Below are positions 50,568 through 62,028 of a stretch of DNA of 64,000 nucleotides, piece by piece (position 1 is the first letter of the stretch; every line of letters starts with the position of its first letter). A program made the translations under genes and the position numbers. The DNA is taken from assembly GCA_050951805.1 (NCBI GenBank), contig JBMNJT010000008.1, forward strand, positions 96,001 through 160,000, written 5' to 3'. Source of the DNA: Bacillota bacterium. GTDB lineage: Bacteria; Bacillota; DTU025. The notes under the pieces were generated by a model, which was not told where the DNA came from, searched no databases, and worked only from the letters and a program-made list of their open reading frames with translations.

Positions 50568-50611
50568 GCGGCAAGAAGCGTCAATGGTGTTGCATCGACG
50601 CTTCTTGCCGC
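50568..50611. terminator. 15-bp perfect hairpin between convergent ABC and pyr operons
   Basis: GCGGCAAGAAGCGTC...GACGCTTCTTGCCGC. Confidence 0.55.
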
Positions 50612-50667
50612 AATACTTGATCGGTGGGTTTGCAGGCTCAGGCGATGGTCTTTAGGACACACTGCGC

Positions 50668-51186
50668 CTAACGGTCGAAGTAAGGGTTTTTTCCGGATGC
50701 CGAAAGGGGCACTCCGCAGGCTACGTCTGCGTCTATGAGGCCCATCTTGCGGGCTACAACCCCGATCCGGTACATGATCCTGTTGTCTACATTATGTATT
50801 GACGCTGTTTTCGCAGCTGATCCCAGCGCAATCCCGAGGTCAACTAGGCGCCATGCGCAGATCGGTCCGGCAAACTCTCGACCCTCAGAGAGATCGGGCA
50901 GGTCTGCGCAGGCAGAATAGCCACATGCGCCGCAATTGAGGCCACAGGGGGCTGCATCTTTCAAGCCTACAAGGAGCAGCGCCCCGGCTGCAGCAACGCC
51001 ACGGGCGTCCCTGTCATAGTTTTTCTTGCCGGTCTCTTGGCCGTAGAGTTCCATCTGCTCTGCCAGCCTTTTCAGATCATCGCCTGCCACTACCTTGGTG
51101 ACCACGAAATCCTTCCCGACCGCCTTGGGCGCGGTTCGCGCCGAAATCTCCATCAGTTGGGCCACAAGCTCAAGCGCATCTTCCAT
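50668..51186 (-). CDS. DUF2148 ferredoxin-like domain protein
   Basis: SARTAPK, LNCGACGYSAC, DLGIALGSA, VDNRIMY. Confidence 0.8.
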   Translation of the reverse strand: MEDALELVAQLMEISARTAPKAVGKDFVVTKVVAGDDLKRLAEQMELYGQETGKKNYDRDARGVAAAGALLLVGLKDAAPCGLNCGACGYSACADLPDLSEGREFAGPICAWRLVDLGIALGSAAKTASIHNVDNRIMYRIGVVARKMGLIDADVACGVPLSASGKNPYFDR

Positions 51187-51319
51187 ATTCCTCTTCGCGC
51201 TCCCGGGCCGTGCGGGCCCGGGCTGGCGCCCTGCCTCCTTTCAGATGGTATGCTGTAGACATAGTACTTGGCCAATAGGCAAATTCCTCTTAGAAGGGGA
51301 CGATGGCACGGATTAGCAG

Positions 51320-51916
51320 CTACTTGCGGCTTCCAGGCTTCACCGGCTCCGATCCCCCGCGGCAGAGCGGACAATCGGCGGCGTCCCAAGAGACGACTTC
51401 CATGGTGATGACCGCGCGCTGCTTCACGCCAAAGTCGATTGCGCCGTTGCTCCTGTCCACCAAAACCCCCACGCCCGCTACGATTCCGCCGGACTTTTCT
51501 ACCAGGCTCATCACTTCCCTCACTGAGCCTCCGGTGGTTGTGACGTCTTCTACGACGAGTACTCGTTGGCATGGGGTGATGGAAAATCCCCGACGGAGGG
51601 CCATCGTGCCCGAACTGTCGCGCTCTGCGAAGATTGCGGGCACACCCAGTTGTCGTCCGGTTTCGTAGGCGACGATGATGCCGCCCATAGCCGGGCCTAT
51701 AACGAGGTCTATCTGGTCATCCGCGAAATCCGCTGCCAGCCAGCGTGCCAACTTTTCAGTGTATTGCGGGAATTTGAGGACCTGAGCGCACTGCATGTAT
51801 CTATCACTGTGCCTTCCGGAGGTGAGCAGGAAATGACCATCGAGAAGAGCTCCGGATTCGGTGAAGATCTCCAGGGCCTCCTTCAGATGGTCGTTGCAGC
51901 CAGGTTCATTGCCCAT
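51320..51916 (-). CDS. pyrE: Orotate phosphoribosyltransferase
   Basis: GHFLLTSGRHS, VLVVEDVTTTGGS. Confidence 0.95.
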   Translation of the reverse strand: MGNEPGCNDHLKEALEIFTESGALLDGHFLLTSGRHSDRYMQCAQVLKFPQYTEKLARWLAADFADDQIDLVIGPAMGGIIVAYETGRQLGVPAIFAERDSSGTMALRRGFSITPCQRVLVVEDVTTTGGSVREVMSLVEKSGGIVAGVGVLVDRSNGAIDFGVKQRAVITMEVVSWDAADCPLCRGGSEPVKPGSRK

Positions 51917-52673
51917 ATGCCAAACACCTCTCTTTTTCGGCCTTAGCTTCGGCAATCTCCATCACTATTCTCCTTGCAGCTTCAAGTCTGTTTTCGGCTC
52001 GGGTGATGGGGCGTCCCACAACTATGTAATCGGCGCCGAGGGCGATGGCTTTCGCTGGAGTAGTTATTCTGCGTTGGTCGTCTGTGGCCAGACCTGCGCT
52101 CCAAGATGGACGAATTCCGGGGGTGACGATCTTGATTTCGGGTCCGCACGCTTTCCGCACGGCGACTATCTCCCGGGGTGAACAGACTACGCCGCCTGCG
52201 CCGCATTCCTGCGCCAGTTTGGCCCAGGATGCAGCCACTTCCTCGACGGAGGCATCGTGTATTAACATCTCTTTATCGAGTTGTTCCTGACCGATGCTGG
52301 TAAGCACCGTCACAGCGAGGATGAGCGGCTCATCCGCTCCGCAAGCGGCACTTTCGTCCTTCACAGCTTCGGCCAAGGCTTTTAGCATGTGGGTTCCGCC
52401 TGCCGCATGGACAGTGAACATGGCGCATCCGAGCCTCGCCATGATTCTGCCTGCAGCCGCAACCGTGTTGGGGATGTCGTGAAACTTGAGGTCTACGAAC
52501 ACCTGTCCGCCCAGCTTTTGGATACTCCTGACTACATCAGGGCCTTCGCTGTTGAAAAGCTGCATCCCGATTTTAAAGGCGCCGGCTTCACCAGCGAGCT
52601 CGTGCGCTATTGCCAAAGCTTCTTTTTTGGTGTCGACGTCGAGGGCTACGATGAGGGCGTCCTTAGGTTCCAT
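51906..52673 (-). CDS. pyrF: Orotidine-5'-phosphate decarboxylase
   Basis: IVALD, DLKFHDIPNTV, VTPGIRP, VVGRPIT. Confidence 0.95.
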   Translation of the reverse strand: MEPKDALIVALDVDTKKEALAIAHELAGEAGAFKIGMQLFNSEGPDVVRSIQKLGGQVFVDLKFHDIPNTVAAAGRIMARLGCAMFTVHAAGGTHMLKALAEAVKDESAACGADEPLILAVTVLTSIGQEQLDKEMLIHDASVEEVAASWAKLAQECGAGGVVCSPREIVAVRKACGPEIKIVTPGIRPSWSAGLATDDQRRITTPAKAIALGADYIVVGRPITRAENRLEAARRIVMEIAEAKAEKERCLAYGQ

Positions 52674-52708
52674 ATCGCACGCTCCTTTTGCGGCGGCGTC
52701 TTTCCATC

Positions 52709-53638
52709 TCATTTGAGAGCCGCCCCGATAATCTGGTCAATGCTTTCGAGATCGTGGGAGATCAGATAATCCCTAACTCCTTCAATGACTTCCATGGCAA
52801 GTGTGGGGCGGATGAAGGTTCCCGTCCCGATCGATACTGCCGTTGCACCCGCCATGTGAAACTCCAGGGCGTCCTTGGCCGAGATGATACCGCCCCCGCC
52901 CAGAATGGGAATGTCGACCTCCCTTGCGACCTGGTATATCATGCGAAGAGCTACTGGCTTTATGGCGGGTCCTGAAAGCCCGCCGAAGACGTTCCCCAAT
53001 ACGGGACACCTGTTTTCCACGTCAATCGCCATGCCCGCAAGCGTGTTTATCATCGATATGGCGTCAGCGCCCGCATCCTGGCAGGCTGAGGCTATGGCGA
53101 CGATATCGGCGACGTTGGGAGAGAGTTTCGGGATTACCGGAAGTGATGTAACGCTACGGACCGCGCTCACTACTTCCCGGGCTGCGCCGGGGTCAGCCCC
53201 AAAGTGCATTCCTCCCCGCGCCACGTTGGGGCATGAGATGTTTATCTCTATCCCGGCTACCCCGCCGTGACCGTCGATGATTGCAGCCAGTTCGGCGTAT
53301 TCGTCGACGGTTTCCCCAGCTATGTTGGCTATCACCGTGACATGGCGATCCAGGAGAGACGGGAGATGCTCGTCGAGAAAGGCCCTTATGCCAGGGTTTT
53401 CAAGACCGATGGCATTCAGCATCCCGCAGGGAGTCTCGACTATCCGCGGTGGCGAGTTTCCGGCGCGCGGGCGCAAGGTCGTTCCCTTGACCACAACAGC
53501 GCCTACGCTGGCGGGATCCACCAGATCTATGTAGTCCATGCCGTATCCGAAGGTTCCTGACGCCATTACCACGGGGTTGGCAAGCTTGATCCCTCCGAGG
53601 TCGACTCCAAGGTTTGGGGCTAATCCTTCCGCTCGCAT
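52709..53638 (-). CDS. pyrD: Dihydroorotate dehydrogenase catalytic subunit (class 1B)
   Basis: [36 protein letters not shown]. Confidence 0.95.
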   Translation of the reverse strand: MRAEGLAPNLGVDLGGIKLANPVVMASGTFGYGMDYIDLVDPASVGAVVVKGTTLRPRAGNSPPRIVETPCGMLNAIGLENPGIRAFLDEHLPSLLDRHVTVIANIAGETVDEYAELAAIIDGHGGVAGIEINISCPNVARGGMHFGADPGAAREVVSAVRSVTSLPVIPKLSPNVADIVAIASACQDAGADAISMINTLAGMAIDVENRCPVLGNVFGGLSGPAIKPVALRMIYQVAREVDIPILGGGGIISAKDALEFHMAGATAVSIGTGTFIRPTLAMEVIEGVRDYLISHDLESIDQIIGAALK

Positions 53639-54504
53639 CCTGCGACCTCCTCTCCGCCGAAGTCTGCCTCGGCTTCAAACTCGATACTGTCCAAGGGAAA
53701 GACGGGTCCGTCCACACAGACCTTCACGTAGCCTTCGTCGCTTCCCCGGAGCTTTCGCGCGCAGCCGAGACATGCCCCGATGCCACAGGCCATGTGAGCC
53801 TCGAGGGATGCTTCTCCGGATATGTTGAACTCTTGAGCAAATCGGGCCACGGTCGCCATCATCTGCTCAGGGCCACAGGTGTATACGGCGTCGGGCTTGC
53901 ACTCTTCGAGCGCCCGGGGGAGGAGATCTGTCACCACCCCACGAGCTCCTGAGCTTTCATCCAGCGTAGTGCAATGGCATGAGGCGCCCAGTTGCTGCAG
54001 CCGGTAGAGGGCTACTAGTTCCCCGCAAGTGTTTGCACCGTATAAGACATCGACTTTCCAGCCTGAGTGGACAAGGACGCGGGCGAGATACACGAGAGGC
54101 GCAATTCCGACCCCCCCGCCGACCAGGAGCGCGCACGGCGTATGCGTGCGTCGCGGCACGGAGAACCCCCTTCCTAGTGGGCCCATGATGTCGACGAGGT
54201 CGCCTGTCCTGAACCTCGTCATCAAGGATGACCCCGTTCCCCGAGCCTTGTAAAGAATAGAGATGCTCTCGCGTTCCGTGTCCACATCGTAAAGGCTAAA
54301 GGGCCTCCGGAGGAGTGGGTGTGCATGTTCGCCCGCAAGATACGGGGGCGTGGTGCACGCGTGGACAAACTGCCCCGGGCGCGGCCTTGCCGCCACGGTC
54401 CGAGGTGCGGCGACTTCCATCTCCCAAAGCCCCACTCCTACATGATCGTTCCTGATGATTGTCGCCGTTTCCACGCAAACGGTGCCCTCTTCGACTCGTT
54501 CCAT
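53620..54504 (-). CDS. pyrK: Dihydroorotate dehydrogenase electron transfer subunit
   Basis: [42 protein letters not shown]. Confidence 0.92.
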   Translation of the reverse strand: MERVEEGTVCVETATIIRNDHVGVGLWEMEVAAPRTVAARPRPGQFVHACTTPPYLAGEHAHPLLRRPFSLYDVDTERESISILYKARGTGSSLMTRFRTGDLVDIMGPLGRGFSVPRRTHTPCALLVGGGVGIAPLVYLARVLVHSGWKVDVLYGANTCGELVALYRLQQLGASCHCTTLDESSGARGVVTDLLPRALEECKPDAVYTCGPEQMMATVARFAQEFNISGEASLEAHMACGIGACLGCARKLRGSDEGYVKVCVDGPVFPLDSIEFEAEADFGGEEVAGCERKD

Positions 54505-55814
54505 TAAAGCTTCATCTCCGTAACGATACCTTCTTTGAAAACTATGTGACCGTCCACAATAGTCATCCACGGCCATCCTCTGAGCTGCACTCCCTTGTAT
54601 GGAGTGTTTTTGCCCTTAGAGTAGAAGCGGCGCGGATCCACGGTCCTGACTTCGTCGGGGTCTATGACAGTGATGTCTGCAGGACTGCCTGGAGTCAGAG
54701 TCCCCTTGTCGATCCCGAGGATTTTGGCCGGTCGGGTAGTTAAAAGAGCGATCGCAGTACAAAGCTGCAATGCTCCCGTGTTGACTAGTCTATCCATAAT
54801 TAAGGCCACTGCAGTTTCAAGGCCTGATATTCCAAATGCCGCAGCGCCGTACTCGCAATCCTTGCTCTCCACATGATGGGGCGCGTGGTCGGTGGCGATG
54901 CAATCCACCAAACCTGATGCGACAGCTTCCCGCAAGGCCGCAACGTGTTCTTCGGAGCGCAGAGGCGGATTCACCTTTGTGTCGGCATCGTAAGAGCCCA
55001 CAGCCTCGTCGGTGAGGGTGAGGTGATGGGGGGTTGCCTCGCAGGTGATGCGGACTCCCTCTGCCTTTGCTCTCTGTATGATCTTCAGACTCCCAATAGT
55101 CGAAACGTGGCAGATGTGGAGCCGACCTCCTGTGAGCTTTGCCAGCATCACGTCTCTTGAGACCATTATCTCCTCAGCCTCGGCCGGAATCCCTTGGAGC
55201 CCGTAGATGGTGGAGCGGAACCCTTCATGCATCTGTCCGTCGCGGGAGAGGTTGATATCCTCGCAATGGGAGAGGACGGGAATATCGAACATGCGGGCGT
55301 AGTCTAGGGCATGGCGCATGATGTCGGACCTCATGACCGGTTTACCGTCGTCAGAAACGGCTACGCATCCCGCCTGGACCAGCTCAGCCATTTCGCTCAG
55401 TTCCTCGCCGTCTTGGCCTTTTGTGATGCTCCCTATTGGGAGTACGTTGACGATGCCTACTTCACGCGCCCTTCTGGCGACGTATCCTGCTACTGCTCCG
55501 TTGTCCACCACTGGGTTTGTATTCGGCATGGCACATACCGTAGTGAATCCTCCTGCTGCCGCTGCGCGGGACCCGGTCAGGATATCCTCTTTGTATTCGT
55601 ATCCTGGCTCCCTCAAATGTGCATGGAGATCGATGAATCCGGGGCAGACGATCTTTCCGGAGCAGTCTATCACGTTGGTGCCAGAGTCCGCGCTTTCCTC
55701 GCCTGGTATGTCGCCTATGGCGGCGATCCTTCCGTCTTCCACCAGGACACAAGTTACAGTGTTAATTCGGTTAGCCGGGTCTACGACCCTGCCGCCCCTA
55801 AGCAGCAATCTCAT
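54504..55814 (-). CDS. pyrC: Dihydroorotase
   Basis: PGFIDLHAHLREPG, MPNT, KVNPPLR, ATDHAPH. Confidence 0.95.
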   Translation of the reverse strand: MRLLLRGGRVVDPANRINTVTCVLVEDGRIAAIGDIPGEESADSGTNVIDCSGKIVCPGFIDLHAHLREPGYEYKEDILTGSRAAAAGGFTTVCAMPNTNPVVDNGAVAGYVARRAREVGIVNVLPIGSITKGQDGEELSEMAELVQAGCVAVSDDGKPVMRSDIMRHALDYARMFDIPVLSHCEDINLSRDGQMHEGFRSTIYGLQGIPAEAEEIMVSRDVMLAKLTGGRLHICHVSTIGSLKIIQRAKAEGVRITCEATPHHLTLTDEAVGSYDADTKVNPPLRSEEHVAALREAVASGLVDCIATDHAPHHVESKDCEYGAAAFGISGLETAVALIMDRLVNTGALQLCTAIALLTTRPAKILGIDKGTLTPGSPADITVIDPDEVRTVDPRRFYSKGKNTPYKGVQLRGWPWMTIVDGHIVFKEGIVTEMKL

Positions 55815-56739
55815 CTTTTCGACCTCCCATCATGAGGAATAGGAGTGCCATGCGGACTGCAACTCCGTTTGCGACTTGTTCATTGACGAGGGTGTTGGGA
55901 CTTTCCGCAAGTTCAGTAGATATCTCGATGCCTCTGTTCATCGGCCCCGGATGGAGGACGATGGCGTCGTCGCCTGCGAACTTGAGATGTTCGGGGCGGA
56001 GCATGTATAGTTCGGCATATTCGTCGAGGGAAGGGAAGAGTCCTGTACGCTGTCGCTCCCTTTGAATTCTGAGGACATTTATGACGTCCACTCCGCTGAT
56101 ACCCTCTTTGAGGTCGAAATACTGCTTGACCCCGAGCCGTTCGATCTCGGGAGGCATCAATGTAGACGGGCCTACTACGCGCACTTCGCAGCCGAACTTG
56201 CTCAGGCCGTATATGTTCGACCGTGCCACGCGGCTGTGGAGGATGTCGCCGACAATCGCGACCTTCAGCCCTTCCAGCGTGCCCTTGCGTTCGCGGATGC
56301 TGAACATGTCAAGCAGCGCCTGAGTTGGATGCTCATTTGTGCCGTCGCCAGCGTTTATCACCCGCATAGTGGTGTTTCTGGCGACGTAATGGGGAGCTCC
56401 GCTCATAGAATGGCGCATGACCAGGATATCAGGGCCCATCATCTCGATGGTTTTTATGGTGTCCTTGAGGCTTTCGCCTTTCTGAACGCTGCTGGTTGAT
56501 ACGGCAAGATTTGATGTGTCAGCGCTGAGATACTTTCCGGCAAGCTCGAATGAGGTTCTGGTACGGGTGCTGTTCTCATAAAAGACAGTGATCATGCCCT
56601 TACCGCGAAGAGCGGGCACCTTTTTGATTTCGCGCCTGATCACGTCCTTCATGGGGACGGCAGTATCGAGTATCAGTTCGATCTCTTCCTTGCTGAGGTC
56701 CTTGAGCCCCAATAGATCTTTTCTTTCGTCAAAGTTCAC
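55798..56739 (-). CDS. pyrB: Aspartate carbamoyltransferase catalytic subunit
   Basis: FYENSTRTRTSF, HPTQALLD, HPGPMNRG; GTG start. Confidence 0.95.
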   Translation of the reverse strand: MNFDERKDLLGLKDLSKEEIELILDTAVPMKDVIRREIKKVPALRGKGMITVFYENSTRTRTSFELAGKYLSADTSNLAVSTSSVQKGESLKDTIKTIEMMGPDILVMRHSMSGAPHYVARNTTMRVINAGDGTNEHPTQALLDMFSIRERKGTLEGLKVAIVGDILHSRVARSNIYGLSKFGCEVRVVGPSTLMPPEIERLGVKQYFDLKEGISGVDVINVLRIQRERQRTGLFPSLDEYAELYMLRPEHLKFAGDDAIVLHPGPMNRGIEISTELAESPNTLVNEQVANGVAVRMALLFLMMGGRKDEIAA

Positions 56740-56807
56740 CGTCGCGCCCCCTTGTGCCCTGTAACTGTCCTTGCGAAGGCAGAATCGTTGCCGCAGCTTT
56801 AGGTTAC

Positions 56808-56902
56808 AAGAAACCTTCCCCGCAGTGCGTTGCAGGGAAGGCACACCGGCATCATGCTGCTGCACTTTCCCTTGCCAGCCTCACTGGACTAGTTTAAAGG
56901 GA
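56808..56902 (-). promoter_or_regulatory. PyrR-binding attenuator 2 (pyrR-pyrB intergenic) with terminator
   Basis: CCTTTAAACTAGTCCAGTGAGGCTGGCAAGGG binding loop; hairpin CCTTCCCTGCA..TGCGGGGAAGG-TTTCTT. Confidence 0.85.
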
Positions 56903-56920
56903 CTATTATATTGGAAACAC

Positions 56921-57481
<561 letters not shown>

Positions 57482-57494
57482 TTAATTGTGGGCA

Positions 57495-57630
57495 TAAAAA
57501 GAACCTGCACAAGCCGTGAGGCCAGGCAGGAACAGCATGCGTGCAGCGATCCTTGTTAGCCTCACGGGGCTACCCTTAAAGGTTCTGCTCAGTCGCATTT
57601 GATTTTAAGGCAATAGGGTCCCAAAGTCAA
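57495..57630 (-). promoter_or_regulatory. pyr promoter and PyrR-binding attenuator 1
   Basis: TTGACT-17-TAAAAT (57630-57602); CCTTTAAGGGTAGCCCCGTGAGGCTAACAAGG loop; terminator CCTGC..GCAGG-TTCTTTTT containing complementary GCCTCACGG. Confidence 0.85.
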
Positions 57631-57787
57631 TGGCCACACGCACATTCTCTTGCATCCCGCTCAAGTGCAGTACCCAAGGCGCTTGGCAGCGCATTCAGTG
57701 CTAGGCACGTACGGTGCAGGCCGCAGCAGTGGTCAACTGCAAAGCTGGATATGAGTCCTGTTGGGCTGGTGGAGCCAATTGGGCCTG

Positions 57788-57846
57788 TTGACAGGGGAAG
57801 GGGATAGCGCTACCATATTACTGCACTGACTGGTCAGTGCAATAAT
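57788..57846 (+). promoter_or_regulatory. Promoter plus palindromic operator (putative TetR site)
   Basis: TTGACA-17-TACCAT, then TGCACTGAC-TG-GTCAGTGCA (57822-57841). Confidence 0.75.
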
Positions 57847-57865
57847 TTGTGGATGGAGATCTGGT

Positions 57866-59941
57866 ATGCAACTATTGGCTCACACGATCGTGAAAAACAG
57901 GCATCTTGTCTTGGTTATAGCCTTGATCTTGTTGATTCCGTCAGTATATGGCGTGCTTCATGCCAGAATAGAATATGATCTCATGTCATACCTTCCGGAC
58001 GACCTAGATTCCGTACGGGGAATGGATATTCTGGATAGGGAGTTTCATTATGCTGATCGTGCAATAGTTGTCATCAGGGATGATCCCGATTGGAAAGTCC
58101 TCAAGCTGAAGGAGATGATCGAACAGGTCGATGGGGTCTCGTCCGTCTTTTGGATTTCGGACATTTCGGACCCAGCGATCCCCCACGACTATCTTGGAGA
58201 AGAAATCGTCTCCCAGTTCTATAAGGGCGACATCACATTTCTGTTGGTGCATCTGGCGGAGGGCGGCATATCGCTTGAATCCGAAAAAGCGATAGCCGAC
58301 ATCAAGGCCCTGTTAGACGATAATCAGCGTCTCATAGGCCAGGTTGTAAGTGGCATTGAAATGAAGGAGCTGGGGATGAGCCAAACGCCTGGAATGGTTC
58401 GGGCGGCGGTCATCTTGATATTCCTCGTGCTTTTGCTTGCTTTGCCTTCGGTAGCATTGCCCTTCATATTCATGGCGACTATAGGGGCGGCCTATGCCTA
58501 CAACATGGGAATTGCGTACATCTTCGGACAACGGGTGTCATACATAACCAACTCATGCGCTGCTGCGTTGCAGCTTGGCGTGACGATGGACTACTGCATT
58601 TTCCTCATCCACAGTTTCCAGGCTGAACGCAAAACGCACGACCCGGAGACAGCGATGGAGAAGGCGATTGCCAGCACTGCAACGGCGGTCGTTGCAAGTG
58701 CCATTACAACTGCCACCGGATTTGCGGCGCTCGCGCTGATGAGCGTGAGGCTCGGGGCGGATATGGGGCTTTTCATGGCAAGGGGCATACTCCTCTCCGT
58801 AATTGCTACATTGACGGTACTTCCCAGTCTGGTACTGGTCTTTCAAGGTGTCATCGACAAGTTTGCCCACCGATCGTTTCTTCCCAGATTTGACGGGATC
58901 GCAAATTGGGCGATCCGGCGCAGAGTGCCTGTTTTTGCCCTGGCTGTCGTAATCATGGCCGCGGGCTATTATGGGTACTCCAAGGTAGAGCTCAATTACG
59001 ACTTGGAGGCGACCTTTCCCCGGGAGATACCGTCAATCGTCGCCATGGAGGAGTTCAGTGAGGCTTTTGGGAGCATGCGGGAGGCCTATGTAGTCATTCG
59101 CGATATGCCTGGCTGGCGGCTGCAGCAGATAACGGCTGAGCTTCGGGAGATAGAAGGCGTGAATTCTGCTGAATGCCTCGCCGATCTGGTGGATCCGGCG
59201 ATCCCTCTCGACTTTGTGCCTGGGGAAGTGGCCAAGAGATATGTGGGTGGCGGGTACAGCAACATCATCCTGAACATAGCAGGCTCAGGCCTGGATGATA
59301 CAACTGAAAACCTCATTGCAAATGTCAGGGAAGTATTGGCTGATGTGGATGAAGAATGCTATCTTACCGGAAGTCCTGTCATAACCAGTGATCTTCGGAG
59401 GATCACCGACCGGGACATGGTAGTGGTTAACGCAGTCTCAATAGTTGCGATCTTCGTCATCGTGATGATCGCATTCCGTTCTCCCACCGTAGCGATTGTC
59501 CTTGTCGCCGCCATAATGAGCGCGATATGGGCTAACCAAGCAATATCAGGGATCTTAGGCCAGCCGCTCTTTTTCTTCTCGGGCCTTGCCATAGGTGCGA
59601 TCCAACTAGGTGCCACGGTGGACTACGCGATTCTCGTGGCCAGCACGTTCCGGGAGAAACTGGGCGAGTTGGACCCTGTAGAAGGGATGCGGCGCACCAT
59701 GATAGAATGCGGGCCAGCGATTCTCAACAGCGGTCTTGCGCTGTTCGCTGCGATAATGGGGGTCTACTTTGCAACTACACTGCTGGCAGTTAAGGAATTG
59801 GGGCTTCTTCTGGCCAGAGGGGCTCTGATAAGCATGGGGGTTGCATCTGTACTGCTTCCCCCTGTGATTCTCGTGCTCCATCCTCTTTTGGTAAGAACCT
59901 CACTAAGATGGCCTGCAGGACGCGACCTGGAGCAGAATTGA
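57866..59941 (+). CDS. MMPL/RND family transporter
   Basis: Two repeats of TM + extracytoplasmic domain + 5 TM; LQLGVTMDY and IQLGATVDY motifs. Confidence 0.88.
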   Translation: MQLLAHTIVKNRHLVLVIALILLIPSVYGVLHARIEYDLMSYLPDDLDSVRGMDILDREFHYADRAIVVIRDDPDWKVLKLKEMIEQVDGVSSVFWISDISDPAIPHDYLGEEIVSQFYKGDITFLLVHLAEGGISLESEKAIADIKALLDDNQRLIGQVVSGIEMKELGMSQTPGMVRAAVILIFLVLLLALPSVALPFIFMATIGAAYAYNMGIAYIFGQRVSYITNSCAAALQLGVTMDYCIFLIHSFQAERKTHDPETAMEKAIASTATAVVASAITTATGFAALALMSVRLGADMGLFMARGILLSVIATLTVLPSLVLVFQGVIDKFAHRSFLPRFDGIANWAIRRRVPVFALAVVIMAAGYYGYSKVELNYDLEATFPREIPSIVAMEEFSEAFGSMREAYVVIRDMPGWRLQQITAELREIEGVNSAECLADLVDPAIPLDFVPGEVAKRYVGGGYSNIILNIAGSGLDDTTENLIANVREVLADVDEECYLTGSPVITSDLRRITDRDMVVVNAVSIVAIFVIVMIAFRSPTVAIVLVAAIMSAIWANQAISGILGQPLFFFSGLAIGAIQLGATVDYAILVASTFREKLGELDPVEGMRRTMIECGPAILNSGLALFAAIMGVYFATTLLAVKELGLLLARGALISMGVASVLLPPVILVLHPLLVRTSLRWPAGRDLEQN

Positions 59942-59972
59942 CGCACCAAGCTAAGAAGGAGAATACGGACAA

Positions 59973-60548
59973 ATGGACACAAGAACCCTCATATGCCATG
60001 GGGCTGTGCGCGTTTTCGCGCAGAAAGGCTATGATGCGACATCTGTTGACGAAATTGCGGCGGCAATCGGTGTGGCTAAAGGCACGATCTACTATCATTT
60101 CAAGGGCAAACGGGAGCTGTTCGTGGCATCGATCAAAGGTGGCCTAAGGGATCTGATCGATGAGGCGAAGGCAGCCGTAGATAGGATCGGCGACCCGATT
60201 GAACAGCTCAGCTGCATATTTGATACCCTTTTGGAGCGGCAGAGGAAATCGAAGGATTTTGTGTACTTGCTCTTCAAGGAGGCGATGGCTCCTGGCAGGG
60301 AGTGGCTCGAGGAGATATCGGAATGCTGGAATGAGCTTGCATCCCTCATATCCCACGTAGTCGACAGGGGCAAAGAAGCCGGGGCAATACAGAATCTGGA
60401 GACTGATACGATAACCAGGTACATACTGGGCTCCATGGCCACGGCGGCCATGGCCGGAATGGGTGATGGAACGCAGACTCCTAGGACTGCAGAGGGGCTG
60501 AAGAAGATCATGTTGAGGGGAATAGTGACGGCAGGCTGTCCGGTGTAG
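59973..60548 (+). CDS. TetR/AcrR family regulator
   Basis: FAQKGYDATSVDEIAAAIGVAKGTIYYHFKGKREL. Confidence 0.93.
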   Translation: MDTRTLICHGAVRVFAQKGYDATSVDEIAAAIGVAKGTIYYHFKGKRELFVASIKGGLRDLIDEAKAAVDRIGDPIEQLSCIFDTLLERQRKSKDFVYLLFKEAMAPGREWLEEISECWNELASLISHVVDRGKEAGAIQNLETDTITRYILGSMATAAMAGMGDGTQTPRTAEGLKKIMLRGIVTAGCPV

Positions 60549-60654
60549 CAACGGGATGGACCGCTAGATGATGGGAGAGGTGTGCCGGGGCCTGCGAACA
60601 CCGAAAATGTCCGAGGCCCTGTCCGATTGAGGCATATTCTATAGGCACCCTCTT

Positions 60655-62028
60655 CTATCTTCCCTTGGCGGCTTTTGAAGCGAGGTACTTCTTTGTTTCG
60701 TTGGGGAACAGTGCGTAGGAGATGGCGTCTTCCTCTGTTCCTCCGAACTCCGCCACACTTTCTCTGGCAGCCGGCATTCCAGGTTCCAGGCCATCCCCGG
60801 GCCTTCGCGTGGTGGGCGTCTCATCTCCGATAGCTTTCTTTTTCAGTTCGGGGTCTATCTTTCCTGGTGGTCTCCCGTATTCGCCGCGGATGTACGCACG
60901 CACTTCATTGGAAATTGTCTTGTACCTTTCTCCCTGGATCACGTTGAATGTGGCTTGGGTGCCCACGATCTGGCTCATGGGAGTGACCAGGGGCGGGTAA
61001 CCCATCTCTTCTCTCACCCGAGGAACCTCCGCAAGGATCTCCTCTATCCTGTTCTCCGCGTTCATCTGCTTGAGCTGGGCGCGCAGGTTAGAGATCATTC
61101 CGCCGGGTATCTGGTATACTAGGACATCGGTGTTGACTTGCACAGGAGCGATGAGGTCGCTGTACTCGGGCGTATTCTCGATTATCTCTCGCAGAATGGC
61201 GGCAGCTGGCCTGATTTGCCTTACATCCAGTCCGGTGTCGTGATCCGAGCCTGCGAGAGCTACTATCATGGACTCTGATGGCGGCTGCGACGAACCCAAC
61301 GCAACTGTGGAGGTGGAACAGTCAACTACTGTTGCTCCTGCTTCAATCGCCTTGAGATACGTCATGGATGCCATTCCTGACGTATAGTGGCAATGAACAT
61401 GAATGGGCAGGCCTACTGTCTCAACCAGTTTCCCCACGAGCTCTTCAGCGGCGTAAGGCGCGAGGATTCCTGCCATGTCCTTTATGCATATGGAATCTGC
61501 GCCGATGTCCTTGAGCTGCTGAGCGTATTTGACGTACCCATCTATGGTGTGCACAGGGCTGATGGTGTAGGATATCGTTCCCTGGAAATGGGCGCCTGCA
61601 TTCTTTACGGCAAGGGCCGCGCGTTCTATATTTCTCACATCATTTAAGGCATCGAATATCCTTACAATATCTATTCCCAGCTCCACCATTTTGTTGACGA
61701 ATGCATCGACCACATCGTCGGGGTAAGGCCGGTAACCGACGAGGTTCTGGCCGCGAAGCAACATCTGCATGGGCGTGTTCACAAGCGCTTGCCTCAAAAG
61801 GCGCAACCTTTCCCATGGATCTTCATCTAGATAGCGCAGACACGTGTCGAATGTTGCCCCTCCCCAAACTTCCATGGAGTAGAAGCCGACTCGATCCAAA
61901 TAGGCTGCGAGCTCGAGCATGTGTTCGGTGCGCATCCGAGTGGCGAAAAGGGACTGATGGGCGTCGCGAAATGTTGTGTCGGTTATCCCCACTCTAGCGC
62001 CGTCTTTTGTTTTCGGGACCCTGATCAT
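60655..62028 (-). CDS. Pyruvate/oxaloacetate carboxyltransferase subunit (OadA/PycB-like) without biotinyl domain
   Basis: RDAHQSLFATR, WGGATFD, MLLRGQN, IKDMAG, HCH, PGGMISNL, PPLVTP; no EAMKM biotin motif. Confidence 0.9.
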   Translation of the reverse strand: MIRVPKTKDGARVGITDTTFRDAHQSLFATRMRTEHMLELAAYLDRVGFYSMEVWGGATFDTCLRYLDEDPWERLRLLRQALVNTPMQMLLRGQNLVGYRPYPDDVVDAFVNKMVELGIDIVRIFDALNDVRNIERAALAVKNAGAHFQGTISYTISPVHTIDGYVKYAQQLKDIGADSICIKDMAGILAPYAAEELVGKLVETVGLPIHVHCHYTSGMASMTYLKAIEAGATVVDCSTSTVALGSSQPPSESMIVALAGSDHDTGLDVRQIRPAAAILREIIENTPEYSDLIAPVQVNTDVLVYQIPGGMISNLRAQLKQMNAENRIEEILAEVPRVREEMGYPPLVTPMSQIVGTQATFNVIQGERYKTISNEVRAYIRGEYGRPPGKIDPELKKKAIGDETPTTRRPGDGLEPGMPAARESVAEFGGTEEDAISYALFPNETKKYLASKAAKGR

